Source: Camelus ferus (Eukaryota). From it: 64,000 nucleotides of DNA. Position numbers and translations under genes: made by a program. Positions 38,408 to 50,792 of the stretch are shown here, piece by piece. The notes beneath the pieces were generated by a model. It was not told the DNA's origin. It worked only from the letters and a program-made list of their open reading frames with translations, and searched no databases. How positions within the stretch are numbered: position 1 is the stretch's first letter; every line of letters starts with the position of its first letter. The DNA lies in NCBI RefSeq assembly GCF_009834535.1, contig NC_045697.1, positions 33,606,001 to 33,670,000 on the forward strand. The letters run 5' to 3'.

Positions 38408-39597
38408 CATACTTTGAAATTATATTTAATTTGAAGTTAACATAACCATATTTCTAAATATCTTCACATTTAAAAAATTGTCACCCTTCATAATTTAACT
38501 GGATATTTTCGTATGTTCTCATATATTGGTATGCATCAGACTCACCTGGGGGAGCCCGTGCAACATAAAAGTGAGATCCAACCCAAACGTACAAGCATAA
38601 ATAGAAAGTAATGAAAATAATTAACTTGGGTTTTCTATAGATGAGAACTATTGTCAGCAAAAAAAGAGGAATCTTCCTATATAAATAATCTAAAAAAGAT
38701 ATTGGGAAGTTAAAAAAATACCACTTTATATCAAACTCATTTGCAAATTCATAACTAATTCTTGATTATTATATGCCTTCAATCTCTCTTGGAAATCTAA
38801 TTCAATCTTCAAGTCATATTCGTTAAACATTAATGGCTCACTACAATCATATATTTGTTTATAAAAATCAGAATATATACTTTTGGGAATAAGTTTCATC
38901 AACAGGATGAGATAGTGTTCTTAGAAAAGTAATGATGATTAAATATCCACAAAAGTTTTTGTAACATTCTGTTTTATGTGTTCCTATACTGCCTCATGCT
39001 GTTTGTTGCCACATCTCAGAAATACCAGACAGCAAGGTAGGGTTTGGAGAAGGACAATAATAATAACAGAGCACAGAACAGATTTATAAATGTAAAGATA
39101 CAAAAGGTCAGAATTCCTCATTCTGAAAGACTGAGGTTGAAATAACTGAAATTGTTGTAAACAAAGGAGACATGGATAAGGTGAACGTGGGTATTTACTG
39201 AATTCTAGATGCCTAGGAGGTAAATCTAGAAAACAGTATACTCTTTGAAAGTACATTGCTGTCGCACAGATCAAGCAAAGCAACCTGCCAACTAAAGGCA
39301 AAATAGTTTCCAGAAAAATGTAAGTGAACTTACATATTCTAGATCAACATTAAACTATGAAGGAAAGTTAAAAGTCATTTAGGTCACATCTCTACTCTAT
39401 GGCATTTGACATCAGACAAAATAATCATGCTTCTTCAGAGGCAGCACTTAAAAATTAAAAAAAAAAATCATGAACCAACTACCAACATGTCTTACATTAG
39501 AAATAATTTAGATAACTTGTAATTTTATAAGTGAACTAATATATTGGATATGAAAATGTAAAAAATGTAAACTTTTTTTAGAAAATGTCAAATTTCA

Positions 39598-40680
39598 TTA
39601 GATGCGGTAAACAGCGTCCCTCAAAGATGAAGAGTTCAGATAGCATACGGTCCTAGCAGCCAAAACCCCTTTTATCCATGTTGGCTGTTCTCTGTTCTTT
39701 CAGGAAGACTGGACTTGTGCCACAGGAGAGTACCTATAATTTTCTATCGGACCCTGGTGGTCATGCAGCAAAGTATAACTTGGTCCATTAATCCTGAGCA
39801 GAGTGAAAGTATGGAGTATTCTGCGATCGCACAAACATGCCTCGAAGCCTTATTGGTATTCATAGCTTCTCTCAAGTGTGTGGTAGACTGGAGATGGCCA
39901 GTCCTTATTATTCAAACCTGGATCACTGGCAGCTTTCCTCTCATTCATCTTCTGGGAAAACCCTGTGCCACAGTTAGAAGAAATAGTAATGTGCTCCAAT
40001 TTCCTTCTGTTCGCTTATCCCAAGACTTGAGAATTCTGAATGGCATTTGGCCCAATCCCGGAAATTTTATTCCACATTGATTTTGCCTTTCCTGAGCTTT
40101 TTATTTTTATTTTTTCATTTCAAAATCTGTACCCTCAAAATCACCTCAAGATCAAGCACTGAAATCAGTGCCGATGTCCCCGGACCCTCTTCTTGAATCA
40201 TGTTCTTTGAGGGTTTGGTACTTCTCAAAACATCGACTGATAAAAATTTTTGGCTTTATTTTGAGACCATTTTCTCATTTTAACTCGTTTGAGTCTCTGT
40301 GTTTTAATAAATAGTATCTTTCTTAGGATCTGCGTCTGGCTTTCCTCACAGACCCCGCCGAGAGCCCGGAGTGGAGCAGCCTATTTCTGTGCTCTCCTGA
40401 GGAGGCTCATTCCCCAGCCCTCCCTCATCGTGCATTTGTTCCGGGCTGTCAGCTGCCTGATGTTTTGATGTCTCTCTCCATTAACTAACTCTTGCCTTTC
40501 AACCACCGTGCTTTTCGGTTCTTGTTTACTGCCATCCTTGTCACAGTGCTTGGCTTACTCTTCCATGTCAACAGAATCCTTGGCAACTTCTTGTGTCATT
40601 TCTTGCCCCTCCTCCTCCACTTTCCAAAGATAGCCTGTCGGCAGTTCAAAGTATGGATTTTCTCTCTGGTCGCCTAGACT
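39598..40680 (-). pseudogene. Disabled coding-like segment (retrocopy or dead terminal exon), parent gene not recognised
   Basis: One minus-strand frame of ~360 codons (SLGDQRENPYFELPTGYLWKVEEEGQEMTQEVAKDSVDMEE*...PTWIKGVLAARTVCYLNSSSLRDAVYRI*) has only 5 scattered internal stops, plus a 6-stop cluster at ~40115-40230 where another frame is open. It has an E/K/D-rich start, ~24 CpG in 1.1 kb and no transposon resemblance. Confidence 0.55.
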
Positions 40681-41189
40681 TGCTCAGTTTAATTATTAGT
40701 AAGAGGCAGAAGGCCGACACATAAAGGTAAGTAACCACCTACACTGTCACTGAAAAGGCACAGGATTAATTTCTATCCAGGGTGCCCGAAATCTCAGATG
40801 AGAGATTCATTTCTGATTTCAGAAATTGTAATATTTTTAGGTGAGCTTGATCAAATTGTAAATACTCTCTTATGTTTACCCTTAGGCTTTTCTACACATA
40901 CTACTGTGGTGTTTACCATATTATACATTCTATCTAACATTGTATTGCCATAATTAATTATAGTAAATATATAATATAAAAGTTAATTTTATGTTTCTGT
41001 GTCCCCAGGAGACTGTAAGCCATTTGCATAGGAATAGTGTTCTAGTCCTTATATTTTAGTGTCTATGGTCATACTTGATGACAGTAGGTCTAAATATATA
41101 GGTGTTGAGTTAACAGATACAAAATATAGGTGGAGAGGTGACAAATTTACACCACTGATTTCTAATGCATCTATTTCAACTCTAAGAAG

Positions 41190-41654
41190 TATCAGTTAGG
41201 AAACTGAGTCAGTTGATACAATCGAAAGCTCAAATAACAGTGGCTTGAGCACAATATGGTGAATTTTTCTTATATAATGAGAAGTCCCAGGTAAGGAAAT
41301 TCCTGATATTGATTTGAAAGTTCAAGGATGTCATGGCTAACATCTCAGCAATATTCGAGGCCTTTCAAGGTGGCTGCTCCAGTTCCAGCCATCATGTGTA
41401 CCTCCCAGGAATGAGGAGGAAAGAAAGGGCAAGAAGGAAGGTAAGACAACATCTTTATCAAGAAAGCCGACTTTTCCCAGAAATTCCATCAGATTTCTGT
41501 TTATATTTCATTGGACAGAATTATGGCCTATTGTCTCCCATAGCAACACGAAGGATGAGAAAACGGGGGGCTTGTGGGGTTTTTTCTTTTACTTGACTCC
41601 ACAAGTAGGAAGATAAGAATGAATATTGAATAAGCCACAAGAAATTTCTGTCAC
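41190..41654 (-). mobile_element. MaLR LTR (MLT1I/J-like)
   Basis: 'tatcagttagga..aataacagtggcttga..aaggtggctgctccagttccagccatca..tttcattggacagaatt..ctgtcaca'. Confidence 0.8.
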
Positions 41655-41894
41655 AGAGGGGTACTGAGGAGTGCTGAGAAAGAGTCAATTTAAATGAAAA
41701 TGTCAGTGTAAGTGAAAGAGAGCAAATGACATCAACTGATGGCTGCTTCACCATCTTGCCCAGTACTGGCTGACAGGAGTCAGACATTTTGGTCTATAAG
41801 CCTTAAAGCCTGACTGAGGCATGGGCTTCATGGGAATCTTAACACAAAATCTTTCTATTTTTCATTAAGTCCCTTTATGGGCTTCATCAAGAAA

Positions 41895-42660
41895 GTTTTC
41901 TTGAGCACTTTCTATATATCTGGCTCTGTGATACATTGAGTACTACAACATAGTACTCGCCTGCGAGCTGCCCACCTTAATCTAATCTTTGCAACAACGG
42001 AAGTGAGCACAGGATCTTGTGGTAGTCCACTGAAGAAGCTCTTAACTCAGACTGGTGTGTGCTTGTGGAGGGAGAGTTCTGTCAGGGAAGGAGTGTCACA
42101 GAAGGAGAAAGTGGAGCTCACCAGATGAAGTGCAGAACAGGGTTACTGGCATAGAGCATCAGTGCATGAAGGCACAGGAAGGCAAAGAATGTACAAAGCA
42201 TTCTGAGATTTGTCATTTTTTCAAGTGGTGCAAAGCACAGAATTCAAAGGGTGAGGACAATGGAAGTGAGACAAACTAGAAGAGAGGTAAGAAAAAGCAA
42301 AGGGTCTTTCTGAACAATGAGACAATGAATAATTTTAAGCTGGTATTAGTTCTATGTTTTAGGAAAATTATTTGGGTGCTACCGAGGACAGTTTATTGGA
42401 GACAGGTAACACTGGAGAGAGGGAATTCAGTTAAAGGAGTATTTCAGTTGTTCAAATAAAAAATATGAAGGCTTAACCCAAAACAGTATCAGAGGATTTG
42501 GGGATAAAAAGAACTGGATTCCACAAACATTAAACAAGTCAAAGAACATAATCACCAAATGCTGTGTGTGTGTGCGTGTGTGGTAGGCAGGCAGGGGAAT
42601 AAGTGTAGAGATGGGGCAGAAATGAGAGTAGAAAACTAAAATAACTCCCATTTCTTCACT
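41895..42660 (-). mobile_element. L2 fragment
   Basis: 'ttgagcactttctatatatctggctctgtg..gcatgaaggcacagga..tatgttttaggaaaatta..cagttaaaggagtatttcagt'. Confidence 0.6.
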
Positions 42661-43579
42661 TATTCATGGATTCAATAATGATGATTGAGATGATTTTCCT
42701 AAAGGTAGTGTGTGCTTGGGGTAGTGTGCTACATTAGTAAGACATAATAACCTGCAGCCCTGTTCATACTAATGTCTATACATCTGACCCAAGCACAGCA
42801 GGACGCAACTCCAACAATAAAGTCACTCAGCCATTGAGAAACCGAACAACATGCTCCTGAGTCACGGCTGAACAGCCTACTTCCTAGAGCAAATCTCAAG
42901 GACCAAAGGAATAATATGAAACCACAGATTTTCTTAGGCAAAGAACAAGCTTGTTCACACCATGTTTCCATGCTGAGTTATTTAGTAGCCTTCAAAATGA
43001 CTTATTAAAGAAATGAAAAACTTACTACATCAGCCTCTATAGCAATTAAAGAATAAAATCTGGTATCTAAAATATGAGGGAAAATTCCTAAATCATAAAG
43101 AAAATGATGCAGTCTTCACAAAGTCAATCCAAGTAATTAGATACTTATATAAGAACAGCAAGGCACGTAGCAATAGACTGTGGTCCCAGCTCCAGAGAAA
43201 ACCTGCACAAATGGTGAGCTGGAAGCATGCAACAGTTCCTAAAATTTGCATACTATTATCCTGTCTTTATATTATGCATAAAGGTGCCTTAAGGTTCACC
43301 ACCCCAACAGTCCTCGTCACTGCTATTACCAGTTCAACCATGCTAATAACAAGGAATCTCGTAACACCACCTGGTTTGCAAAACTTGTATAGAAGAATGA
43401 ATTTCCAAAGTAATTCTGGTTTCCAGATAAGAAGAGCATCTGTATTAAAAAATCCAGCTCTTCTTTTTCAAAAGACTAGTTTCCTCTGTGTTTGTGTATT
43501 GGAAGATTATTTGACCTTAAGGACGGTGAAATTGACATATTAGCAGAAATGAATAAGTACGATTAAAACAAATACAAAG

Positions 43580-43795
43580 CATAGTGGTTACAAGCTCAGT
43601 TAAAGTCAGAAAGACCTTGACTAGAATCTTGGCTTTTGAACTTACCCAGTTTCTTAGACTCTCTAAGCCTCATCAATAATATAAAAATAATATCACCTAG
43701 TTCACAGAATTGTTGTGAGAAGTAAATGTTCATGAGGCAACTGGCCCCAAATCTGGCAAAGAGTAAATGTTCAATATATATTAATATAAAGGATG
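43580..43795 (+). mobile_element. MIR SINE
   Basis: 'atagtggtta..tctctaagcctca..aaaataatatcacctagttcacagaattgttgtgag..gagtaaatgttcaatata'. Confidence 0.7.
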
Positions 43796-44874
43796 AATTA
43801 ATAACATTCTGCAAAGCAGTGATTTGCATCCTCTTTTTACAGGAGAAAAGATTAACTTCTCCAAGGTCACAATGCTAGTAAATTTGAAAACCAAATTCAA
43901 ACACAGGTCTACCATGGTAGGTTCGCTACTCTGATATTTTTTTCATTCTATATTTTAGAAAACATCCTTTCAACAGGCTAGGATTTAATGTAATACTGTG
44001 CTGAGCTTATGGCTTCAGAAGTCAATGAAAGAGGGAACATACAGTAGAAAATGAAAGTAAAAGCATTCTACTCCAAACAGCTCAGTATGATAGCCCTACA
44101 AATGACCAAGTTTAGAATAGAACCTATAAGAAATGGTGTAAGAAATGGTTAAAACCATCAAGATAATTTAAGTGTAGAGAAGGGACAGTAGGGGGAAGTA
44201 TAATTGCAATTATCAAATGTACAGAAATGTAGTTTAAAATATTACGCACACTTTCACTTTGCAAGGATGGTTTAATTATTCCCAAAGTACTAAATATTAA
44301 ATGCAAGAAAAAATGACAGTTATAAAATAGGCACTCTTCTGCCAAGTTTGAATGAGAATTTATAGGAGTGGGGTGATTTCAGGAGATAGATGAGAGCTCT
44401 ATTTATGACTCAAGGATGAATTATTGTATTTACATTGGCAAGTTCTGTGGTTATAGGGGGATTATTTTTTTCACACAATGAGTATTTCAAAACAAAATGT
44501 AATGTTTGAATTCTCATGTTTAATCATTAAAGTGCCCATATTACCAAAAAAGAAACTGTTCATAGTAATTTGCCACTTAACAAAGTTATTAACACCAAAG
44601 AATTTGATTATCCTGTACACTTTTATCTCAGTATATAATTTCATGCTTACCAAAGGATATATTATTGGTCATCAACTTGAACTGAAGGAGTTTAGGAATT
44701 AGTATTTCCAAATTCTACTTTCGAGCTAACCACTGATTCCAGATATAACCATAGATAAAGAAAAAATTAAATTCATTATTTCTAGATAGTTACACAGCAC
44801 ACTGACCAGGTCAATATAGTATAAAAAGAAGGCCTACATAATAGCAAAATGAAATGTTAAAAACAGTGTCCAAA

Positions 44875-45070
44875 ATAGATAAGCAACAAGGGTATACTGC
44901 ATAGCACAGGGAATTACAGCCATTATCTTGTAATAATTCATAAGAATATAATCTGCAAAAATACTGAATCACTAATCTGTACAACTGAAAATAACATAAT
45001 ATTATAAATTAGCTATATTTCAATAAAAAAGGAAAAGTATTCAATGAGTATTTTTAAAAATTAAATTAAA
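44875..45070 (+). mobile_element. 5'-truncated artiodactyl-type L1 3' end with TSD
   Basis: 'atagataagcaacaagggtatactgcatagcacagggaattacagccattatcttgtaataa..actgaatcacta..tttcaataaaaaa'; TSD aaaaacagtgtccaaa (44859-44874) and aaaaatagtgcctaaa (45071-45086). Confidence 0.85.
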
Positions 45071-45109
45071 AAAAATAGTGCCTAAATTTCTCAAAAACAT
45101 GATTATACA

Positions 45110-45128
45110 ATCACACCAGGGGGCGCTC
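45110..45128 (+). promoter_or_regulatory. Candidate CTCF binding motif
   Basis: ACACCAGGGGGCGCT versus core CCACCAGGGGGCGCT (one mismatch), with an intact CpG in AT-rich context. Confidence 0.5.
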
Positions 45129-46759
45129 TTAACACTGAAATGATGAATGACATTTTAAAACACATGGTGGCCTCATCTGGCCAAAATGATTTTTCTAAGC
45201 AGGTATAATACTTGCAACAAATACTCATCTCTCCAAAATGTTTACTGGTAAGACACACATTTTCTTTTGCATCCAACTGCTTGCGTTGTTAAGACTATCA
45301 AGTTAGTCTTTTAAGTAAAACATTTTCGGCTGATAGAAAACATCTTATTTTGGAAACATTTGTCTATTTAGACTAGCATCTCTCTTATTCTTTCTGTGAC
45401 TGGGCTAGTTTTGAATAATAAGTAGAATGCTTAAGAGTACAAAAATTTTAAAATGGTTTCCTTGTCAAGTTTTTACAAAATTTCTTTAGTTTTTTTGTTC
45501 TTTCATAAAAAGGAGGAGATTCTCAAAATTATCTAAAATTTCACTCACAGTGAAATTTTAATGTGAGTATACTGGGCCTTTTTCATATTTTGTCATTACC
45601 TTGTAGGAACTCTGAAGCTCAGATGCTCTCCTCAGGAAGTTCAAGATTCAGGTTCCTAAAAATATAATTAGAAAATAAGTGTGAGGTTTCAAGGAAATAG
45701 AAAAAGTCTAAAGGAAAGGGTGGGCTATATCACCCAGAGAAAATCATCATAAACTACTCCACCAACAGTATGTATTTTTATATATGTGACACCTGATTAA
45801 ACATAAGAAGTAACTTAAAGTTGAAAGGAAAGAATCACAAAGTATGTAGAAGGAAGAAGACATAGCTACCTGTCTTCCTACAGTGGTAGAAAAGGAGTTT
45901 GTAAATTTTTCTCAACCCATGTAGTTGAGATAACCCCTTTTAGCTGTCAGCCACTTCCACGAGTCACTGTTCACCTGTGCCCAAGTTCAAACGGGGTGAG
46001 TTCTGGTCAAGGTTTACCTACTATGTGTGGAGAAGAGTATGCAGGAGAATGTTACGTTCAGGGAAGCAGGCTCAAACCTTTATGTAGTTTGTGCTCTAAA
46101 TCAAACACACCATCACACTAATGTCTCCAGTCCCGGGGACAGGAACTTTTCTTCTCATTCTATAACAAAAGTTTAAAGTAAAAATACACCTGAAAAAAAT
46201 GATACATTTATTTACTGTTTTAGACCTAATGTATGTGAATGATAGGGAGTCCTACCCACCCAGAAACACATATTAACAGTTTTCAAAAATGTGGGTGAGA
46301 AGGAAGAAAAAAAAAAGAACTCAGTCTGGAAAGAGGCCAGGCCCCAGAGAAGAAAACCCTGCAGGGAGACTATGTCAGGAGAGGGGTCAGGTGCCTACCG
46401 TTACCTGCATTACCCCTTCTTAATCTTTGGAGTGAAAGCTACTACTGAGAGGTTCATTAAGGCAAATGCAGCCTTGTTTGGTGAGAAGCAACATCTGACA
46501 TGAACCAATCTGGCGTATTGTAAAACCACAAGAATTTCCATCAACAGCAAAGTCAGAGTGATGGGTTGGAGTTTCATGTTGCCCATCCTGTTAGAAGCAG
46601 GCCCTAAGTTGGTTGGTAGAAAATGGAGATAGAGTACACTTCCCATTAGGATGGGAATGGTTGCCAGAGAGCCACCAAGTAACCTATATCTTAGATCAGG
46701 TCCTTGTGCCACCTGAAGATAAGGATACTAACCAAGAAATGGTGAATTAAAAAAAAAAA

Positions 46760-47930
46760 TAACAAATTGGATATTGGGTATGAGAGAACAGGAAGCATCA
46801 AGGATGACACAAAAGTTTTTGATCTGAGTAACTGAAAGGATAGAGTTGCCATTTGGTGGCACTGGGAAACTATGGGGAAAGCAGGTTATTTTGACGTTTA
46901 GGGGAAATAACAATTTTGACTTTGGATATGTGAATTTTGAAATGCCTATCAGACATAGCCAAGAGGAACAGTATAAAGTAAGCAGTTGGCTGGATCGGGA
47001 TGGAGTTTAGAGAAGGGTATCAAGTTCTAAACATAAAACTGAGGGTTGTCGACTCACTGACAGCATTTAAAGCCATGAGACTCAAGTGGACGTGAGTGCA
47101 GACCGAGAAAAGAGTTGACAAAGACTAGCCCTGGTGTGAGTAGACTCGTGGGTGCCTCCATCATCCCTGTCTCCTGATGGTCATGTCCTTGTATGATTCC
47201 CATTCCCCAGAGTGTGAGCAGGACCTGTAACCTGCTTCAAACCAACAGACTGTATGACAGCAGGTATGTGAATGATGCCGTGTGATCACATTTTTACATT
47301 ATAAGGTTATAGGGCCCATCGTGCTGGAGTTTTATCTTCACTAACTGACTTCTGTGAAGCAAACAGCCATGTTGAGGAATCCACTGGACAAAGAATTGAG
47401 GGAAGCCTCTACCCGGCAGCATGTAAGGCCTCCAGCCTCCAACCAACTAGAAATGAAGCCTTACTACTACGCCTTAAGATAATAAACTCTGCCAACAACC
47501 TGTTCAAGCTTGGGAATAAATTCTTCTCTAGGCAAATATTCAGATAATACCCCAAGCGCCAGCTGACACCCTGATTGCAGTCTTACAGAAAACCTAGCTG
47601 TGCCCAGACTTCTGATCCAAAGAAATGGAGATAGTATGTATGTTGTTTCAGTCCTCTAAGTTTGAGGTAATTTGTTATGCACTGATAAAAAAACAAACAG
47701 CAAGTCCTGAGCTACTACAATATTTAGAGGCCAGAGAGCTACAACAGAGCCAGGGAAAAGGCCAAGGAAGAGAGTCTGGCGAGGTAGGAAGAAAACCAGA
47801 AGAAAAGCGTTTCTCCAAGAGGCTATTGCCAGCTTCCTCAGAGAAATCTGAAACAGAGAGAAACAGCAGAGAGAAAGTTGAGTCTGCTGACCTGCTAGAG
47901 AGACCCTAAGGTAGTCACCACTGAAAGGGA
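46760..47930 (-). mobile_element. L2a fragment split by MLT1E
   Basis: 'tcaaggatgacacaaaagtttttgatctgagtaactgaaaggatagagttgccattt..tttgaaatgcctatcagacat..catttaaagccatgagact'; resumes after 47700 with 'caatatttagaggcc..ggtaggaagaaaaccag'. Confidence 0.85.
47135..47699 (+). mobile_element. MaLR solo LTR (MLT1E/F-like)
   Basis: 'gagtgtgagcaggacctgtaacctgcttc..gaagcaaacagccatgttg..ctctgccaacaacc..gctgacaccctgattgcag..ctaagtttgaggtaatttgttatgca'. Confidence 0.88.
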
Positions 47931-48673
47931 CGTGAGAAGCCGAGTCTGAGCCACCTCCATTCCAGCCTCCTTCCGAGGAGCCAGTGGTCAGAGGCACTGC
48001 TCAGTAAAAGACATTCAGCTTTATCAGGCTCCCTGGAAGACCCAATTAGTGCCGGAGCTGTGCTGATTCACTGTTTATAAAGATGTGATAGTTGGTATTT
48101 CAAAACTGGCTAACACTTAATACTAATCACAGTCAGTTCATTTTAATTACTAAGTAGCTAACATAACCTATTTTTAAACTTTTGTTTTTAGACATGCTTA
48201 GATTGGCTTTTAATGTGCTTTTTTAAAAAAAATCAATACAACCAAATCTAATGAGCATATATTATGCACAAGGCCCTGAATTAACTAGGTAGAGCTCAGT
48301 GAAAGAGGCTGCCCTGCCGCTTTCTGTACATCTATAATTTGTATGCAAACTTACACTATTTATAAAGCACTGTCACACAATCAAAGACTGTGTTGTGCCC
48401 TAATGTGATTAGTATTCAGCTTTTATTTAGATTTATCTACAGTGAGCATCCTATTTTCCTATAAATGCTTTGAAAGCAATTTCTTTCTTATTCATTCATT
48501 CAGTGAAGATATATTGAGCACTTATTTAGTTATACAGAGGGCAAATTGGACAAAAAATACACCAGTATTCAATGCTCCTGTTCTATAAGAACAATACTAT
48601 CTAAACTGTATCCCTTTTTCTTTTATGTCCTCAATATTATTTATCTATGTCTGTATAGTTATGTGTTATGTGT

Positions 48674-48716
48674 ACACACACACACAAATACACACACACA
48701 CACACACACACACACA
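48674..48716. repeat. Interrupted (CA)n microsatellite
   Basis: Read directly; it abuts the Tigger TIR. Confidence 0.9.
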
Positions 48717-48941
48717 GTTGATTCTTGAACAACACAGGGGCTATGGGTGCCAACCCTCAGAGCAGCTGAAAATTCTCCTATACCTTTACAGTCAACCCTT
48801 TGTATCTATGGTTCCCCCATATTCTCGGTTCCATACTGCGGACTCAACCAACTACAGATCATGTAGTATTGCAGCATTGAAACAAATATACCTATAAGTG
48901 GACCTGTGCAATTCAAACCTGTGTTGTTCAAGGGTCAAATA
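48715..48941. mobile_element. Tigger2-derived MITE (Tigger2a_Art-like)
   Basis: TIRs 'cagttgattcttgaacaacac' and 'gtgttgttcaagggtcaaata'; internal 'tataagtggacctgtgcaattcaaacc'; flanked by TA/CA repeats. Confidence 0.88.
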
Positions 48942-49044
48942 TATATATAAACATATACACATATATACACATTTACTCTTCCCTAACTTATGTATATAGT
49001 GTGTATATATATATACATGCATATAAATATTATATAATCTTTAG

Positions 49045-49066
49045 TGTGTGTGTGTGTGTGTGTGTG
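49045..49066. repeat. (GT)n microsatellite
   Basis: Read directly. Confidence 0.9.
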
Positions 49067-50339
49067 TATATACTCTATACACACTCTGTCTAACCTGGCA
49101 ATACAACTCTTCCCCTTGCACCATCAGCTTTTCCCCAGGTTTTGCTCCATTATCAAGGCTAAAATTTTATCAGTTGCTTCTATATTTCCGTTTGTTCAGG
49201 TTAGCAGTCTTCATTACTCTCAGTAATGTCCTTAGCACTGTGAGGCAAAAGGAAGTGTAAGAGTAAATTATGACATGGAGGAGTTTTCAACTTATTTTAT
49301 CACTAACAGCTTTCCTAATCTTTTTTGGCCAATCCTCACTTGAATGTATGCTCCTCCATAGCATTTACTCCTATTAGCTTTTCATTGAAATATTTTTTAC
49401 CACATAGTATGTGCTCAATAAGCATTACTTGACTGGAAAGCTACTTTCCAAAATGATTGAGGTGGCTTGCATGAGAATGTAAATACACATTTAGCCAAGC
49501 AAATGGAAACATACCATTAGATAAACATATATAAACTACAGCTAAATAAAAAGTGCCTACACAATGTTTAACCCATAGTTTTCACTCAACAATTTGTTTA
49601 ATGAATAGAAGACAGTAACTATTTTTAAATATGTCCTATAACTGTATTTGAAAATTAAATCTAGCCCTGGGCTTTCTCACAGCTATTATAAAAAGAGAAA
49701 TACAGATTGTGTAACCTTATTTCCAACAAAAAGAAGTACTTCATTTTATGAAAGGAAAAAAGTTTTTCCTAAGTGATAAGTTCTAAGAATATACTGCAAA
49801 GATAATTAGATTAAAGCAAAAATCAGAGCACATGTCTTCCTTAATGGGCTATAGAAAGATGGATACATTGACACAGAATTGGTAAAATTAAGGTGTTGGA
49901 TTGAAATATACAGCTCTTTCCAGGATTTCTGCTGTGATTCTATCAACTATTACTCTCTGTGTTACTGATGCCTTTATTATACCAGGAATAATTATTATTT
50001 ATTAGAACAAGTTGGTGAGCATTTTCAAGAATGGAAGGAAAAAAAAGCAGACCGCTAAATGAACATAAATGTATTGCACTTTTCAAAATGCACAATGTAT
50101 TTATCTCACATGAAAAAACATGCCTCAATATTAATATCTATTTTCCACTCCTCTAAAGGGTAAGACTTTATTTTAATAAAGTATCACATGAAGATACATT
50201 AAGTGAACACAATTTTAGCCTATAAAACACTGCAAAATGTAAATTAATTACTAACATTGTGAAAAAAGCATACTTCTTAACCAGCGCTATATTAGTGAGA
50301 ACAAATTGCTTCTCTACATAGGCCATATTGCATTGCCTG

Positions 50340-50780
50340 CCAGTACCACAGCAAGCTGCTGAAGCCATTATCCCTAATGCATACAATCACTGGGCAGTCC
50401 AGGCTTTGCACCACATGTCCATGTCCCAACAGGACCAGAACTCAATGGTCCTGGGCTAGGCATCTAACCCAAGGGCAGTGAATCCATTGGGTTGGCTTGT
50501 GACATTAAATGAGAATTGGTTCAATTAAAAACAAAACGCTGGGGCCAATGTATTTCTTTGTCTTTGGATTCAAACTAAGAAATGTCAAGAAGATAGAGCA
50601 GTGACAGAATTGAAGGTGACAGAGGAATAAAGAAGTAATACAAGTTACTAGGGAATACAGGCATAGAAGTTAGTAGAGTTGCCATCACAGCTGTTTTGGT
50701 CCATGCAGAATCCAAGAAGGTAGGTAGTCCCCAAGAGCACTTGCTTTGCAGTTTAATACAAATCTGTGTTCTAATAAGAA
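50340..50780 (+). mobile_element. Ancient LTR (MLT1L/M/N-like)
   Basis: 'ggcatctaacccaagggcagtgaatccattgggttggc..gctggggccaatg..ttcaaactaag'. Confidence 0.4.
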
Positions 50781-50792
50781 AACAGCTTTATC

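Noticed and set aside
39715..40080. 121 aa plus-strand ORF as a gene
   Set aside because: It has a non-ATG start and is best explained as the antisense shadow of the minus-strand coding fossil.
40100..40290. Homeodomain- or SANT-like words (RKWSQ, FEKYQ, GTDFS, RVQI) in the fossil
   Set aside because: They fall in different frames with spacing that fits neither domain, so they cannot name a parent.
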